DNA of 64,000 bases from IMG/VR virus record IMGVR_UViG_3300028840_005080, positions 1-64,000 of that record; one strand, written 5' to 3'. Positions 8,322 to 18,271 of this stretch are shown one piece after another; the first letter of the stretch is position 1; each line of letters opens with the position of its first letter. The stretch comes from a virus. Both the position numbers and the translations under genes were made by a program. The notes beneath the pieces are model-generated. The model was given only the letters and a program-made list of their open reading frames with translations, made no database searches and was not told the DNA's origin.

Positions 8322-8469
8322 TACCGTATTGCTCGTTCATCAATTCTGCAAAGTTTTCCGCATCTTTTTTTGTGTTAAACTCTGTCTTCCCTTTTGCCGG
8401 GCCTACAATCGAACACCATTTCATATACCATTTTTTATTTTTTTTCTTATCTTCCATTTCTACCACCAT
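8281..8469 (-). CDS. Hypothetical protein
   Basis: ORF in operon context. Confidence 0.5.
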   Translation of the reverse strand: MVVEMEDKKKNKKWYMKWCSIVGPAKGKTEFNTKKDAENFAELMNEQYGSDFRHWVDSEESI

Positions 8470-8657
8470 TCATTGTTGTAAAATTGCTCCAAGTATTCAT
8501 CATTCATTCCAAGAGTTTTTTCTTCTTTTATTTTACCAACAAGATCCCAATTTCTTTTTCCGTCAGGGCTTTTACATTCATCACAATAATCAAAACGTAA
8601 TTTTTTTTCTTCAAATTTAATACCTCTTTTCTCAGCACATTTTTCACAAATCTTCAT
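8460..8657 (-). CDS. Small Zn-finger-like protein
   Basis: CEKC...CDEC. Confidence 0.5.
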   Translation of the reverse strand: MKICEKCAEKRGIKFEEKKLRFDYCDECKSPDGKRNWDLVGKIKEEKTLGMNDEYLEQFYNNEWW

Positions 8658-8660
8658 ATT

Positions 8661-9518
8661 TTACCTTTCAAATGAGCTATTTTTTGTAATAATTTCTTCT
8701 TTTGTAAAATCAACAAATTTCGAAAACATTTCAGGGTCATATAAACCATTTAAATATCTACCTCCTTTTTCAATCAATGCGTTATACCCTTGTGCTCCGA
8801 ATGCTATGTTAGAAATATTTTCGATACTATCAAGAAATCCAAACAAACTTTTATAATCAACTTTGACATTTTTCGCTCTGCCCATTTCAACCATCGGGAG
8901 TATCACAAAATATTCTACTTGATTTTTGAATTCGTTGTAAATTTTCTCAAAATATTTTACAGAATGCAAATCAAATATCAATATATGCAAATGACAGACT
9001 ATATCCCATTGATCTGCTATTCGTACCATCGCTTTCCATCTGTCTTCCATATGCTCATGAGCAGTAACAGCTATACCTCCGCACTTTTCTTTTGTCGCAG
9101 CAAGAATATCAGGATTCGAATGCGATACAAGAGATCCGTTTGTCGTGTAATTTGGAACGATCTTCATATCATAAAAAGTTTCAAGAATATCGATAAATTC
9201 CGAATGTGCTGTTGGCTCCCCTCCGCCTATTGCAACTTGAAATGGCATTTTATCTTTCGGCATTTCTTCAAAAAATAATTTAATTTTTTCGGGGAGGTTT
9301 TTTGGGTGATCTTCTGTTTCCTTTGAATCCTGATAACAATATGGGCATCTTCCGTCGCATACATTTGTTATTTTAACATCCCAAAACTCCGGATATTTTA
9401 ATGGAGTAACAGGCTTTTTATGATCAATTGGCATCCTTATTGTTTTGCCATTTGAGAATATCGCCCTATAATTACTTTCTTCGTCGATTCTTATTCTGTC
9501 AAAATTTTTAAAATCCAC
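8661..9518 (-). CDS. Radical SAM protein
   Basis: CxxxCxxC (CDGRCPYC), GGGEPT and YTTNG motifs. Confidence 0.92.
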   Translation of the reverse strand: MDFKNFDRIRIDEESNYRAIFSNGKTIRMPIDHKKPVTPLKYPEFWDVKITNVCDGRCPYCYQDSKETEDHPKNLPEKIKLFFEEMPKDKMPFQVAIGGGEPTAHSEFIDILETFYDMKIVPNYTTNGSLVSHSNPDILAATKEKCGGIAVTAHEHMEDRWKAMVRIADQWDIVCHLHILIFDLHSVKYFEKIYNEFKNQVEYFVILPMVEMGRAKNVKVDYKSLFGFLDSIENISNIAFGAQGYNALIEKGGRYLNGLYDPEMFSKFVDFTKEEIITKNSSFER

Positions 9519-9529
9519 TTTTCACCCCT

Positions 9530-10045
9530 TTAACTGTAATAATATTCAGCATCAATCATCCCAAAAATATAATCCATAAGATTTGCATCTTGATCCTTGT
9601 TTTTAGGAACAATATAAAATTCATCATCGTAATTCATATCAGAATCATTAAGGAAATCCCTTATTTTTTCGCTGTTCTTTATAAAAAATTGCCGAAATTT
9701 TTCTCTTTTATATTCCCAACGATCTTTCATATTTTTTGTTTCTTCTTCATATTCTGAAAAAAGTTCTTTGAGCTCGTTATTAAGTACATCTTCATCAAAA
9801 ATATCATAATCTTTGCTATGATATCTATCATCAATAATATCTAATACATATCCCATATTAGGATATGTATATACATCAAAAAGATCTTCGGCTTTTCTAT
9901 CACTTCCGGCAATTTGCAAAACAGCATTCAACATCTCAAATGCTTTTTCTTTATATCCTTCTTTTGCAATAAAATAAACATTCCCGCTGCTATTCATAGC
10001 CAATTCGGAAACGCTATGGATTTTAACAATCATATCTTTTCGCAT
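9530..10045 (-). CDS. Hypothetical protein with N-terminal IHS...NSS motif
   Basis: IVKIHSVSELAMNSSGNVYFI; AGGAG RBS. Confidence 0.7.
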   Translation of the reverse strand: MRKDMIVKIHSVSELAMNSSGNVYFIAKEGYKEKAFEMLNAVLQIAGSDRKAEDLFDVYTYPNMGYVLDIIDDRYHSKDYDIFDEDVLNNELKELFSEYEEETKNMKDRWEYKREKFRQFFIKNSEKIRDFLNDSDMNYDDEFYIVPKNKDQDANLMDYIFGMIDAEYYYS

Positions 10046-10058
10046 ATATCATTCTCCT

Positions 10059-10415
10059 TTACCCCAAATGAAATCTTTGACAAGTGAAAGTATCCATTAA
10101 AAATTCTTGAATCCACCAATGAATATCATTATCTTCAAAACGCAAAATTACGCCTTCTTCGATTATAATATTATCTTTAAATTCCTTATACCAATGCCCA
10201 AGTCCTTCTTTTGTTTTCCCATATTCAATTTGAAAAACTTCATCAAATTCAATTATCTTTTCATCATTTGCTTTTTCATAAAGCTCCAAAGCTAATTCAA
10301 TAATCTCGCGTATAAAATCAACGGAATGCTTTTTATCGAAAATATAAAATTCATCGCTGCTTGATGTTATCGTGCCTGCTATACTATGGATTGGAATAAT
10401 AAAAACAGAATTCAT
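10059..10415 (-). CDS. Hypothetical protein with N-terminal IHS...SSS motif
   Basis: IIPIHSIAGTITSSSDEFYI. Confidence 0.7.
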   Translation of the reverse strand: MNSVFIIPIHSIAGTITSSSDEFYIFDKKHSVDFIREIIELALELYEKANDEKIIEFDEVFQIEYGKTKEGLGHWYKEFKDNIIIEEGVILRFEDNDIHWWIQEFLMDTFTCQRFHLG

Positions 10416-10615
10416 TTCTTTTCATCCTTTTCAAAACATTCCCAAACTATCGAATTATTATCTTTGATTCGCAAAAATATTTCCTCAATTATTTTATCAA
10501 TAGTTATCCTCTCTATATTATTACTTATTTCCCCTAATTTTTCAATAATCTTCCCAAACATATCCATAAACTTCTTAACATCTGCTTTTGTTATTTCTAT
10601 TTCCATATCACTCAC
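10412..10615 (-). CDS. Hypothetical protein
   Basis: Overlapping start/stop codons with both neighbours. Confidence 0.5.
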   Translation of the reverse strand: MSDMEIEITKADVKKFMDMFGKIIEKLGEISNNIERITIDKIIEEIFLRIKDNNSIVWECFEKDEKK

Positions 10616-11469
10616 TCCTCAATTAATTTCGTTTCTTCCACTTCGACTGCTTCAACAGGAAATTGTTTTACGAATCTTTGCATTAATTCATCTATTTGTT
10701 TGTTTTTTTCCTCTATCAATATTGGTTTATCTCCGCCTGACAAAACAACTTCGCTATGAGTAGGTTTTACATATCTGTCTCTGAATTCCTGTTTGTGTTG
10801 TAACATCCAAGCAGCCCATTTTGGTTCTGGCTTAACATGTATTTTACTTATTATTTTTTTTAGTTGTTTTTTCCCTTTTTCGTCTACAATGGTTTCTATT
10901 CTCTCATCAGGAATCTCATAACCCTTTATGGCATCCTCGATAATAGAAATATAGTAAGCCTCCTTATCAGCTATGGATTTATCGAGTGTAAGTATAAATT
11001 TTAATGCGTACTTTTCATCCTTCGAAAATTCTTTAATATTATCAGCTATTTGCAAAATATCAATTTTATCACCTGTAATTTTATTTTTCTCAATAAATTC
11101 AACAACTTTCAAATGTGTTTTTTCACCAAGTTTTTTATACCGTATCAAAGTCGATTCTGTGATACCAAGAAGAGTCGCCAGCCCCTTCCCTGAAAGCATC
11201 CCGCCAAATTTTTCAACCTTTTTTATCATATGGTGGTTTAATTTATTTTTTGTTTTTGCCGTTCTTGGTGCTGGTTTGTATTTTGTGCTTTTACTATAGT
11301 CCCAATTTTCCTCTTTAATAAATCTATAGATATCTGACGGATTTGCTTTATATTTTTTTGCCAATTCTCTTACAGAACTGAATTTTCCGTTTTTATCTCC
11401 GTTTTCAAATTCTTTTCTTATTTTTTGTATTTTTCTTTTTCTTGCTGTCATAAAAGATCTTCCGGACAT
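10612..11469 (-). CDS. terS: Putative terminase small subunit
   Basis: N-terminal HTHs, KWAAWML oligomerisation-type helix and a C-terminal EVVLSGGDKPI segment typical of TerS. Confidence 0.6.
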   Translation of the reverse strand: MSGRSFMTARKRKIQKIRKEFENGDKNGKFSSVRELAKKYKANPSDIYRFIKEENWDYSKSTKYKPAPRTAKTKNKLNHHMIKKVEKFGGMLSGKGLATLLGITESTLIRYKKLGEKTHLKVVEFIEKNKITGDKIDILQIADNIKEFSKDEKYALKFILTLDKSIADKEAYYISIIEDAIKGYEIPDERIETIVDEKGKKQLKKIISKIHVKPEPKWAAWMLQHKQEFRDRYVKPTHSEVVLSGGDKPILIEEKNKQIDELMQRFVKQFPVEAVEVEETKLIEE

Positions 11470-11640
11470 ATTTCTTGATAAATAAAATGAGAATAAATAT
11501 CGTCCAATAAAACTTCTATAAAATCATAATCTTCAACTTTTTCTTCGCTCATATCTCTTTCGAAATAATGTGAATATTCCGAACTTGCCATCCGTATTCT
11601 GTTTTTTTACTTCACAAATTTTTCCAATTTTCCAATTATT

Positions 11641-12042
11641 TCACCAATCTTTCCATATATCCTGTCTTTTTTCTCTTAATTTCTTCGACTCAGCAATCCA
11701 ATCAACCAAATCATTTTTAACATCTGTTTTTATGCAATAATTCAACATAATATTTTCTTTTTCCGTATAATAATCTGTTAATTTTAAATTAAGTTCGTTT
11801 ATATTATCTGTTATTCTGTCAATCTCTTTGTCTATTTTATCATATTTATCATGCTCATTTTCCTGTATCAAATCCAATTCTTTATACAGTTCTTCTACTT
11901 GTTTTTTCTTCGAATTAATCAAATTAAATATAGATTCAACATCTATATTCAATTTATCATAAACATCATCCTGAACTGCGAATTCCCCTAATTCTAATTT
12001 TATTATCTTTAATGATTTCATATTTCCAGATTTATATCCCAA
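11641..12042 (-). CDS. Coiled-coil hypothetical protein
   Basis: Heptad-rich ORF. Confidence 0.5.
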   Translation of the reverse strand: MGYKSGNMKSLKIIKLELGEFAVQDDVYDKLNIDVESIFNLINSKKKQVEELYKELDLIQENEHDKYDKIDKEIDRITDNINELNLKLTDYYTEKENIMLNYCIKTDVKNDLVDWIAESKKLREKRQDIWKDW

Positions 12043-12096
12043 AACGCTCTTGATCTGCCGTCATCAATTCTCATATTTCAAAATAGTCCAAACACT

Positions 12097-12339
12097 TTAA
12101 CCAACCTTCAATTCTATCGCTATATTTGGTTTTCTTAAAATTTTCAATGTTTTTCTATATTTAAATTTCTTTTTTCTTAATGTATATTTATATTCTCCCA
12201 AACCACATTTTTTACAATAAACAATATCTGTAATTTTTCCTTGCAAATCATATGATCTTACATAATTTTCAAAATCATAATCATGTCTGCAAAAAAACAC
12301 TTGAAGTAATGTTGGTTCACCCCTTACCATTTTTCTCAA
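12097..12339 (-). CDS. Small Zn-ribbon-like protein
   Basis: FCRHDY...YCKKCG. Confidence 0.5.
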   Translation of the reverse strand: MRKMVRGEPTLLQVFFCRHDYDFENYVRSYDLQGKITDIVYCKKCGLGEYKYTLRKKKFKYRKTLKILRKPNIAIELKVG

Positions 12340-12551
12340 TCTTTCAAAATTTTTTCGATTCTGCTTAAAGAATGGTTTGCATCTTTTGCTTCTGTTCTTT
12401 TGATTATTTCATCAATTTCTCTTGCTTTTTTCGGATCATGTTTTTTGGCAATACTTGAGGCAACCAAAAACGTCATATAAGAAATATTTGGCAATTTGAT
12501 TATTTCTCTTATTATTTTTTTTCTTTCACCAATTTTTCCCATGTTTACCAA
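12336..12551 (-). CDS. Hypothetical protein
   Basis: ORF in operon context. Confidence 0.45.
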   Translation of the reverse strand: MVNMGKIGERKKIIREIIKLPNISYMTFLVASSIAKKHDPKKAREIDEIIKRTEAKDANHSLSRIEKILKD

Positions 12552-12705
12552 GATCCTTCGCTTATTCAGTTTCCAATATCCCTTTTATTAATTCTCCAAA
12601 ACGAGAAGATGTGAAAAAACTCATCATAAATTCTTTAAATTCATATTTGTTATTAATTCCAGAACATATAGATTCAATATACTCTTTATCTTGAAACTTT
12701 TTCGC

Positions 12706-13755
12706 TTAATAACCTTTCAATTTGTCATGCATTGATTTATACCATACCTCCAATTCCGATGCCATTTCCACTATTGTTTTCCCTCCGTCAATATAATTTT
12801 TTTCTATATAATCCTCTATCGACTCATACCCAAGCAATATCGATTTGCCATTCCAATCAATTCGATCTTTTTTTAACGGAATAAATTTTTTTGTTTTTTC
12901 TATTATTGTTTTTTTATCAATCCCTATAAGATCTGATAATTTTTCTGCGGATTGATCTTTTTCATAATACTCACACCAAAGCATATCTGAGACAGTTTCA
13001 TATCCAAGTTTTTCCGATATATCCTTCCATTCATCGTAGCTTATCGGTTTTCTGCCACTATTTCTGTATTCTGATATTTTTTTTTCGAAATCCGATACAC
13101 CGAGGCAATTTTTGAGATAGTGAGCGCATCCGATAATCACATAATCATCCGCAGCCAGCATAATATTCGCCCCGCACCATTCGCATTTTATTATATTTTG
13201 TTTATTCGTTACCATAGATAGAATTGAATCCTTTTGTTCCATTTCCGTCATTTTTTCACTCCGTTCCAACCATTTAATGAAACTTTTCGCTTCCTGTTCA
13301 AGTTCTTTAATCGATCCGTAATTATCAACAATATAATCATAATATGTCATTTTTACAGACATATCAGCCCCGTTATTCGCTGGTTTTGAATTCATTCTAT
13401 CTATTAGCAAAACTACAGAATTGTATTTATCAACAATCTTTTTTATTTCTTTTGGCTCTCTACAATGGATAAATACAATATAATTCTCGCAATTCTTAAT
13501 TTCATCAATCATACTGCAAGCATTACAAAAAGGGATATCATTGTATTCGATTGCGAGTTTTTTAAGATCATAAATCAATTTTCTTGTTTTATCATCTTTT
13601 TTCACTCCATTCCATCCGTAATAAATTTTCGTAATTTCTTTATAATCTTTCGCCGTGTCTATTTCAAAAATATTTTGTGACAATCCTTTTGCTTTTTTTA
13701 CGAATTCATTTTTTCCTACGCCATTATATCCGTTTATTATTACTATTTTTTTCAT
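12706..13755 (-). CDS. dNMP-kinase-like P-loop domain fused to a Zn/HTH-containing region
   Basis: INGYNGVGK P-loop, HCREPKEI, YDYIVDNYGS; second half has CEWC and HTH-like segments. Confidence 0.65.
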   Translation of the reverse strand: MKKIVIINGYNGVGKNEFVKKAKGLSQNIFEIDTAKDYKEITKIYYGWNGVKKDDKTRKLIYDLKKLAIEYNDIPFCNACSMIDEIKNCENYIVFIHCREPKEIKKIVDKYNSVVLLIDRMNSKPANNGADMSVKMTYYDYIVDNYGSIKELEQEAKSFIKWLERSEKMTEMEQKDSILSMVTNKQNIIKCEWCGANIMLAADDYVIIGCAHYLKNCLGVSDFEKKISEYRNSGRKPISYDEWKDISEKLGYETVSDMLWCEYYEKDQSAEKLSDLIGIDKKTIIEKTKKFIPLKKDRIDWNGKSILLGYESIEDYIEKNYIDGGKTIVEMASELEVWYKSMHDKLKGY

Positions 13756-13952
13756 TTGATATATTTTTCTGTTTCTTCTTTTTTTGCGAATACCGGGAAA
13801 AGACCATTAACAATTTTGCCTTTTATATCGTAAGCAATTCTTCCTTTTCTTTTGAATATCCATCATTATCACAATTTGTTATCCAAATTTCATCTTTTCG
13901 TTTTTCCGGATGGTCATTGTTGTACATTTTTATCCCTTTCTATTTTTTTTAA

Positions 13953-14027
13953 TAGCGGTGGCAGGATTCGAACCTGCGATCATGAGGGTATGAACCTCAT
14001 AGGATGACCAGACTTCCCTACACCGCA
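13953..14027 (-). tRNA. tRNA-Met(CAT), initiator-like 1:72 mismatch; CCA not encoded
   Basis: Cloverleaf: acceptor (T)GCGGTG/CACCGC(T), anticodon arm TGAGG-TTCATAC-CCTCA, T arm GCAGG-TTCGAAT-CCTGC. Confidence 0.9.
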
Positions 14028-14035
14028 TTATTTGA

Positions 14036-14106
14036 AGCGGAAAGAGGGGTTTGAACCCACACATAAACCCTGGAAAGGTTTTGCTCTACCATTAAGCTAT
14101 TTCCGC
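14036..14106 (-). tRNA. tRNA-Gly(TCC); CCA not encoded
   Basis: Acceptor GCGGAAA/TTTCCGC, anticodon arm AAACC-TTTCCAG-GGTTT, T loop TTCAAAC with one T-stem mismatch. Confidence 0.88.
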
Positions 14107-14508
14107 GTTTTGTGTTATTAAATTGTTCCGCAAGTATTAAAATATTCAACACATGCGTTTCTAACTTCGTCAAACCCTTCCGGATCGGCTTTTTTAAATT
14201 GAAGGATCTCCGTATTTGTTACTTTTGAATATTCCCTGCCTTTACCATCACAATCCTCACCAAAAAATTTTTTTATAGCATCAAGCCCTGACATTTTTTA
14301 ATCCTTTCTTTCGTTTTTATAATCATAACAACTTACGGCAAGAATATGAAACAATTTTTCTTTCATATCCAAACCATCTTCTATCAATCTAATATTTTCC
14401 AAAATCCCTCTTGCTTTTTCAACAAATCTGCAAGTAAAATACTTATCGCAATCTGTGCAATCCATTCCGTTCTCCTTTCTATTTTTTTATCATTGTTCTA
14501 TTCGATTG

Positions 14509-14994
14509 TCAACATATTTTTCCACCATGCCTTTTCGATCTCGTCTTATTATATCTATGCTTTTCAAGAATTATTTTATGGATATCAACATTTTTGTTAA
14601 AACAAAAATTTTCTATATCACACAAAATCTGAGTAACATACTCGCTTTTTGTCAAATTTTTGTAACTTCTCATAAATTCATCCATATAGTCAAACCAATC
14701 AATAATAAAACAACTATTTTTATGATGAGAATAATCATCAGTTTTTACATCCACATTATAAAATCCCGCAATATCAAGAGCTCTTATAGAAATATCAGCC
14801 AATTCCACATAAAATCCGCAAGGTTTTTTGTCTTCATAATATGTTTCAAAATTCCCCTTTCTATACTCTTCAAAAGCCTCAAACAATTCTGATTTAACAA
14901 GAAATACCAATTCTTTCATTTCTCGTTTTTTATCATACCAACCTTTTTCAACCGCCAAATCATGAACTTCTTTTTTAAACAAATTGTAGTTCAT
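14509..14994 (-). CDS. MazG-like (all-alpha) NTP pyrophosphohydrolase
   Basis: KGW, SELFEAFEEYRK, ELADISIRALD and KHRYNKTR...HGGK motifs. Confidence 0.85.
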   Translation of the reverse strand: MNYNLFKKEVHDLAVEKGWYDKKREMKELVFLVKSELFEAFEEYRKGNFETYYEDKKPCGFYVELADISIRALDIAGFYNVDVKTDDYSHHKNSCFIIDWFDYMDEFMRSYKNLTKSEYVTQILCDIENFCFNKNVDIHKIILEKHRYNKTRSKRHGGKIC

Positions 14995-15937
14995 TTTTAC
15001 TCCTTTCGTTTTTAATTTTAACTGCTTTTTTACAGTTTTTTACAGCAACTTTATAATAACTCTCTTTCAATTCGCTCCCAATAGCTTTTCTATTCATTAA
15101 TATAGCCTGATAAGCGAATGTACCTATACCAACAAAAGGATCGAAAATAATATCTCCCTCGTTTGTATACATTTCAATCAATCTTTCACAAACATCCAAT
15201 TGTAACGGAGCTATATGTTTATCATCGTCTTTATCTCTCCCTTCTTTTGTTTCAAGAGTACGTGTTTGTCTTATATCCCACCAAATTCCCGCATATCTTT
15301 GGAATCTGTTATGACTCAGCTTGTTGTGTCTTTGTTCGCTGTCGTATTTTCCTAACGGATCAAATCTTTCATCACCGATCCAATTCAAATATCCTTGTTT
15401 GTGTGCTACCGGTTTTTTATTTTCGCCGGGTTTTTTCATAACTATAAGAAAATCATTGCGCCCAAAACCTATCATAACAGAATCTTTTACAACTTGTTTG
15501 TGAGCCAATTTTATATTTTTAGTTCTTACTGCCTCAATAAGCGGATCTTTCCAGATTACACACTCAGTAAAAAATATAAAGCCAGCTTTCTCAAACAAAT
15601 GTATCAAATCACCTCTTAGATCTTTTGTTCCTATATATCCATGATGCTCTTTTGTAAGATTTGTGTTCTGTATATGAAAAACCAAATTTCTTCCTGGCTC
15701 AAGTATTCTGTAAAGATCCTTTATCATGAAATTAAAATGATTAAAAAATTCGTCATCTGTAACGCTGTTTCCCATATCTCTAACAGAATTACTATACGTA
15801 AACAACGATGAAAACGGAGGAGAAAACCCTATAAACCCAACGCTATTTTCCGGCAATCCTTTACAAACTTCGACGCTATCGCCATGATAAATAGCAAAAT
15901 CATCTGTCGCTTTTTGGTTTATTACATTTACTTTCAT
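14975..15937 (-). CDS. DNA amino-methyltransferase (N4-C/N6-A, beta class)
   Basis: Catalytic FSPPF near the N-terminus, HIAPLQLD, SAM-binding DPFVGIGT near the C-terminus. Confidence 0.9.
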   Translation of the reverse strand: MKVNVINQKATDDFAIYHGDSVEVCKGLPENSVGFIGFSPPFSSLFTYSNSVRDMGNSVTDDEFFNHFNFMIKDLYRILEPGRNLVFHIQNTNLTKEHHGYIGTKDLRGDLIHLFEKAGFIFFTECVIWKDPLIEAVRTKNIKLAHKQVVKDSVMIGFGRNDFLIVMKKPGENKKPVAHKQGYLNWIGDERFDPLGKYDSEQRHNKLSHNRFQRYAGIWWDIRQTRTLETKEGRDKDDDKHIAPLQLDVCERLIEMYTNEGDIIFDPFVGIGTFAYQAILMNRKAIGSELKESYYKVAVKNCKKAVKIKNERSKNELQFV

Positions 15938-15949
15938 TTTTTTACTCCT

Positions 15950-18034
15950 TTATTCGCGTTTTTTATTGTACTTATAGACAATGTTGCCGTTTTCATCCAA
16001 ACTTTCAGGCGTCATAATCCCTTCAAAAATTTTATACGGAGACAAACTATGATCCGGATTATTCCACAAAAAATGCAAGAAATCTTTTATTGTAAAACCA
16101 TGATACATCGCTCTTGTTTCGCATTTTTCATTAAACAAAGCGTATTTTACATTTTCAAAATGGACCATCTCGCATGAAATATCATCCCAGCCAACCCTTT
16201 TATTATCTTTACATAATAAAACCGCATTACAAAAATGGCCTTTGCAGAAATTAAAATTTTCAGGAACGCCGCAACAACAAGAATGATATGATTTTTCTTT
16301 AAAATGACAATCACTTACAAACAATTTTATATTTTTCGATTCGCATAATTGCCTAATGTCTTCAACAACATCTCTTTTTATATTTCTATTCAATCTTAAC
16401 GGACTGCCTTTATTTGAGGTAAACGTTTTATAAAAATTTGCAATGTCGTAACCTGATATATCACATAAAATTTTATAATTTTCTTTTGTGATTCTGTAAT
16501 CAAAACAAAAAAATTCAAGACTAACAGAATCAATACCACTATCAACCGCTCTGCTTATAAGCTCCTTATGATTGTCAGATACGCCATATATATACGGCCT
16601 CAATCTCAATGTTATTCCGCCAGGATTTAATTTTGCGATATTTTCAATTGCTTTTAATCTTTTTTTTGGTGACGGGGCTCTTTTTTCTAAAAATGCTGCT
16701 TTTTTTTCATTTGTTGTTATTAAAGTGAATTTTACATGAAAATTTTTATTATTTTTAAAAAAATTTATATATCTCTCATCCTCTGACCACCAAAAAGATT
16801 TAGTAGAAAATGAGATTTGATAGTCAAGTTCGTTTCTAAAAAAATCAATAAGTTCAAGGCCAATTCCATATTTTTTCTCAAAATTACAAAACGGATCGGA
16901 CAAACCGCCCCATTGCAATGCTTTTTTGTTTTTTATGAATTCGGAATATTGAGTTTTGGTTTTATTTCTAAAAATCCTTTTCACTGCTTCAACATTTACA
17001 TAATTCGCGATTTTGTTTATATAATCCTCTCTCCCTTTGCCTTTTATCAGCATTCTTTGGTATTGCGAAAAACAATAAACGCAAGAATAAAAACAATTTG
17101 AATATTGATCAAAAGTTAGTGGCAACGCGCAATCAACGGCTTCTGATGACCATCTCGGACTACTATAAAATTTTTGTTTCTTCTTTTTTTCTTTTATAAC
17201 AATATTTGATTTAAAATTATTTCTCCAATTTTCTATTTGTTTCCTTGAATGAAATCTCATTCTTAAATCCGTACCATCAACAAACCCCTTTCTTTTTTTA
17301 ATACAAAACAAACCAGGATATGTATTCATTAATTTTTTAACATCTTTTAGTCTGTGTTCTACTCTCTCATCATATATTCCCATTCCCCCTTTTTCATAAT
17401 GTCCTGATATAGGATGTATAAAATTATTTATTAAAACAACTCCGAATCTTAATAGATGATCTGCCGTATTTCTGAAATCTTCCATTGTTATCGTATGATC
17501 CCAAGTTAATTGATCATTTTTAATCAGAATCAACTTGCCTATGCAATAACCAACAAATCTGTATTTTTTCGCTCTGAAGTAAAAATTTGGTGTTGTTGCA
17601 AAAGAACACATTCTAACGTTGTTTTTTTCAGAAATTTCAATCATCTCTTTGCATTTTTCAATAAAAATATCTACACAACACTCGTTTGAAAAAACAGAGC
17701 TCCAATATTTATTATCTTTTATTCTTTCAAAATCGATTTTTTCCGTATTATAATATTCATCCGACACACAACTAATATTTTTGATGTTATCATCCGCAAA
17801 CACAAACCATTCATCTTTTTCAACAAGATTTTCTGTCACAAATTCTCTTTGCCTCGTTAATCCAAATTGATCCGTTTTTGCATTTGATATTATCAGATTT
17901 TTTTTTCTAATTGATGGATTGGAACGATACAAATCGTATTGTTCTTTGTTATGCACTATTATTTTTGCTTTTGGAAAAATTTTATGTGTAGAAATTGTAT
18001 CGTATCTGTTGTATGTAGGTATGAAAAATTTCAT
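15950..18034 (-). CDS. Fusion protein: GT-A glycosyltransferase (TAGT/GREB1-like) plus SPL-like radical SAM domain
   Basis: N-terminal IPTYNR, FADDN, MED and GG motifs; C-terminal CFYSCVYC, GGLSDPF, STK, LRLRP and CCC. Confidence 0.8.
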   Translation of the reverse strand: MKFFIPTYNRYDTISTHKIFPKAKIIVHNKEQYDLYRSNPSIRKKNLIISNAKTDQFGLTRQREFVTENLVEKDEWFVFADDNIKNISCVSDEYYNTEKIDFERIKDNKYWSSVFSNECCVDIFIEKCKEMIEISEKNNVRMCSFATTPNFYFRAKKYRFVGYCIGKLILIKNDQLTWDHTITMEDFRNTADHLLRFGVVLINNFIHPISGHYEKGGMGIYDERVEHRLKDVKKLMNTYPGLFCIKKRKGFVDGTDLRMRFHSRKQIENWRNNFKSNIVIKEKKKKQKFYSSPRWSSEAVDCALPLTFDQYSNCFYSCVYCFSQYQRMLIKGKGREDYINKIANYVNVEAVKRIFRNKTKTQYSEFIKNKKALQWGGLSDPFCNFEKKYGIGLELIDFFRNELDYQISFSTKSFWWSEDERYINFFKNNKNFHVKFTLITTNEKKAAFLEKRAPSPKKRLKAIENIAKLNPGGITLRLRPYIYGVSDNHKELISRAVDSGIDSVSLEFFCFDYRITKENYKILCDISGYDIANFYKTFTSNKGSPLRLNRNIKRDVVEDIRQLCESKNIKLFVSDCHFKEKSYHSCCCGVPENFNFCKGHFCNAVLLCKDNKRVGWDDISCEMVHFENVKYALFNEKCETRAMYHGFTIKDFLHFLWNNPDHSLSPYKIFEGIMTPESLDENGNIVYKYNKKRE

Positions 18035-18267
18035 TTTTTCTCCTTATTCATTTCAGAAAACGAATATATAACTTTTTTCCCATCTATCCCCAAGATTTTC
18101 ATGTAATATTCTTTTTCCTTATCATTCGACCAAACAAGAACAAATCTTCCATTCCTTGTATCCTTCCCTTTTACTTTTGGTTTTTCTAATTTTTCAGGAT
18201 AGTATTTTTCAGGATATCCGAATATATACGAGTTATAGAAAAATTTTTTATCCATAATAACCTCCAA
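18031..18267 (-). CDS. Small hypothetical protein coupled to the GT-radical SAM gene
   Basis: Its stop overlaps the downstream ATG (ATGA). Confidence 0.55.
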   Translation of the reverse strand: MEVIMDKKFFYNSYIFGYPEKYYPEKLEKPKVKGKDTRNGRFVLVWSNDKEKEYYMKILGIDGKKVIYSFSEMNKEKK

Positions 18268-18271
18268 AAAC

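Noticed and set aside
13953-14106. tRNAs as a prophage attachment site
   Set aside because: Phage-type genes continue on both sides, and there is no integrase or duplicated tRNA 3' end in the window.
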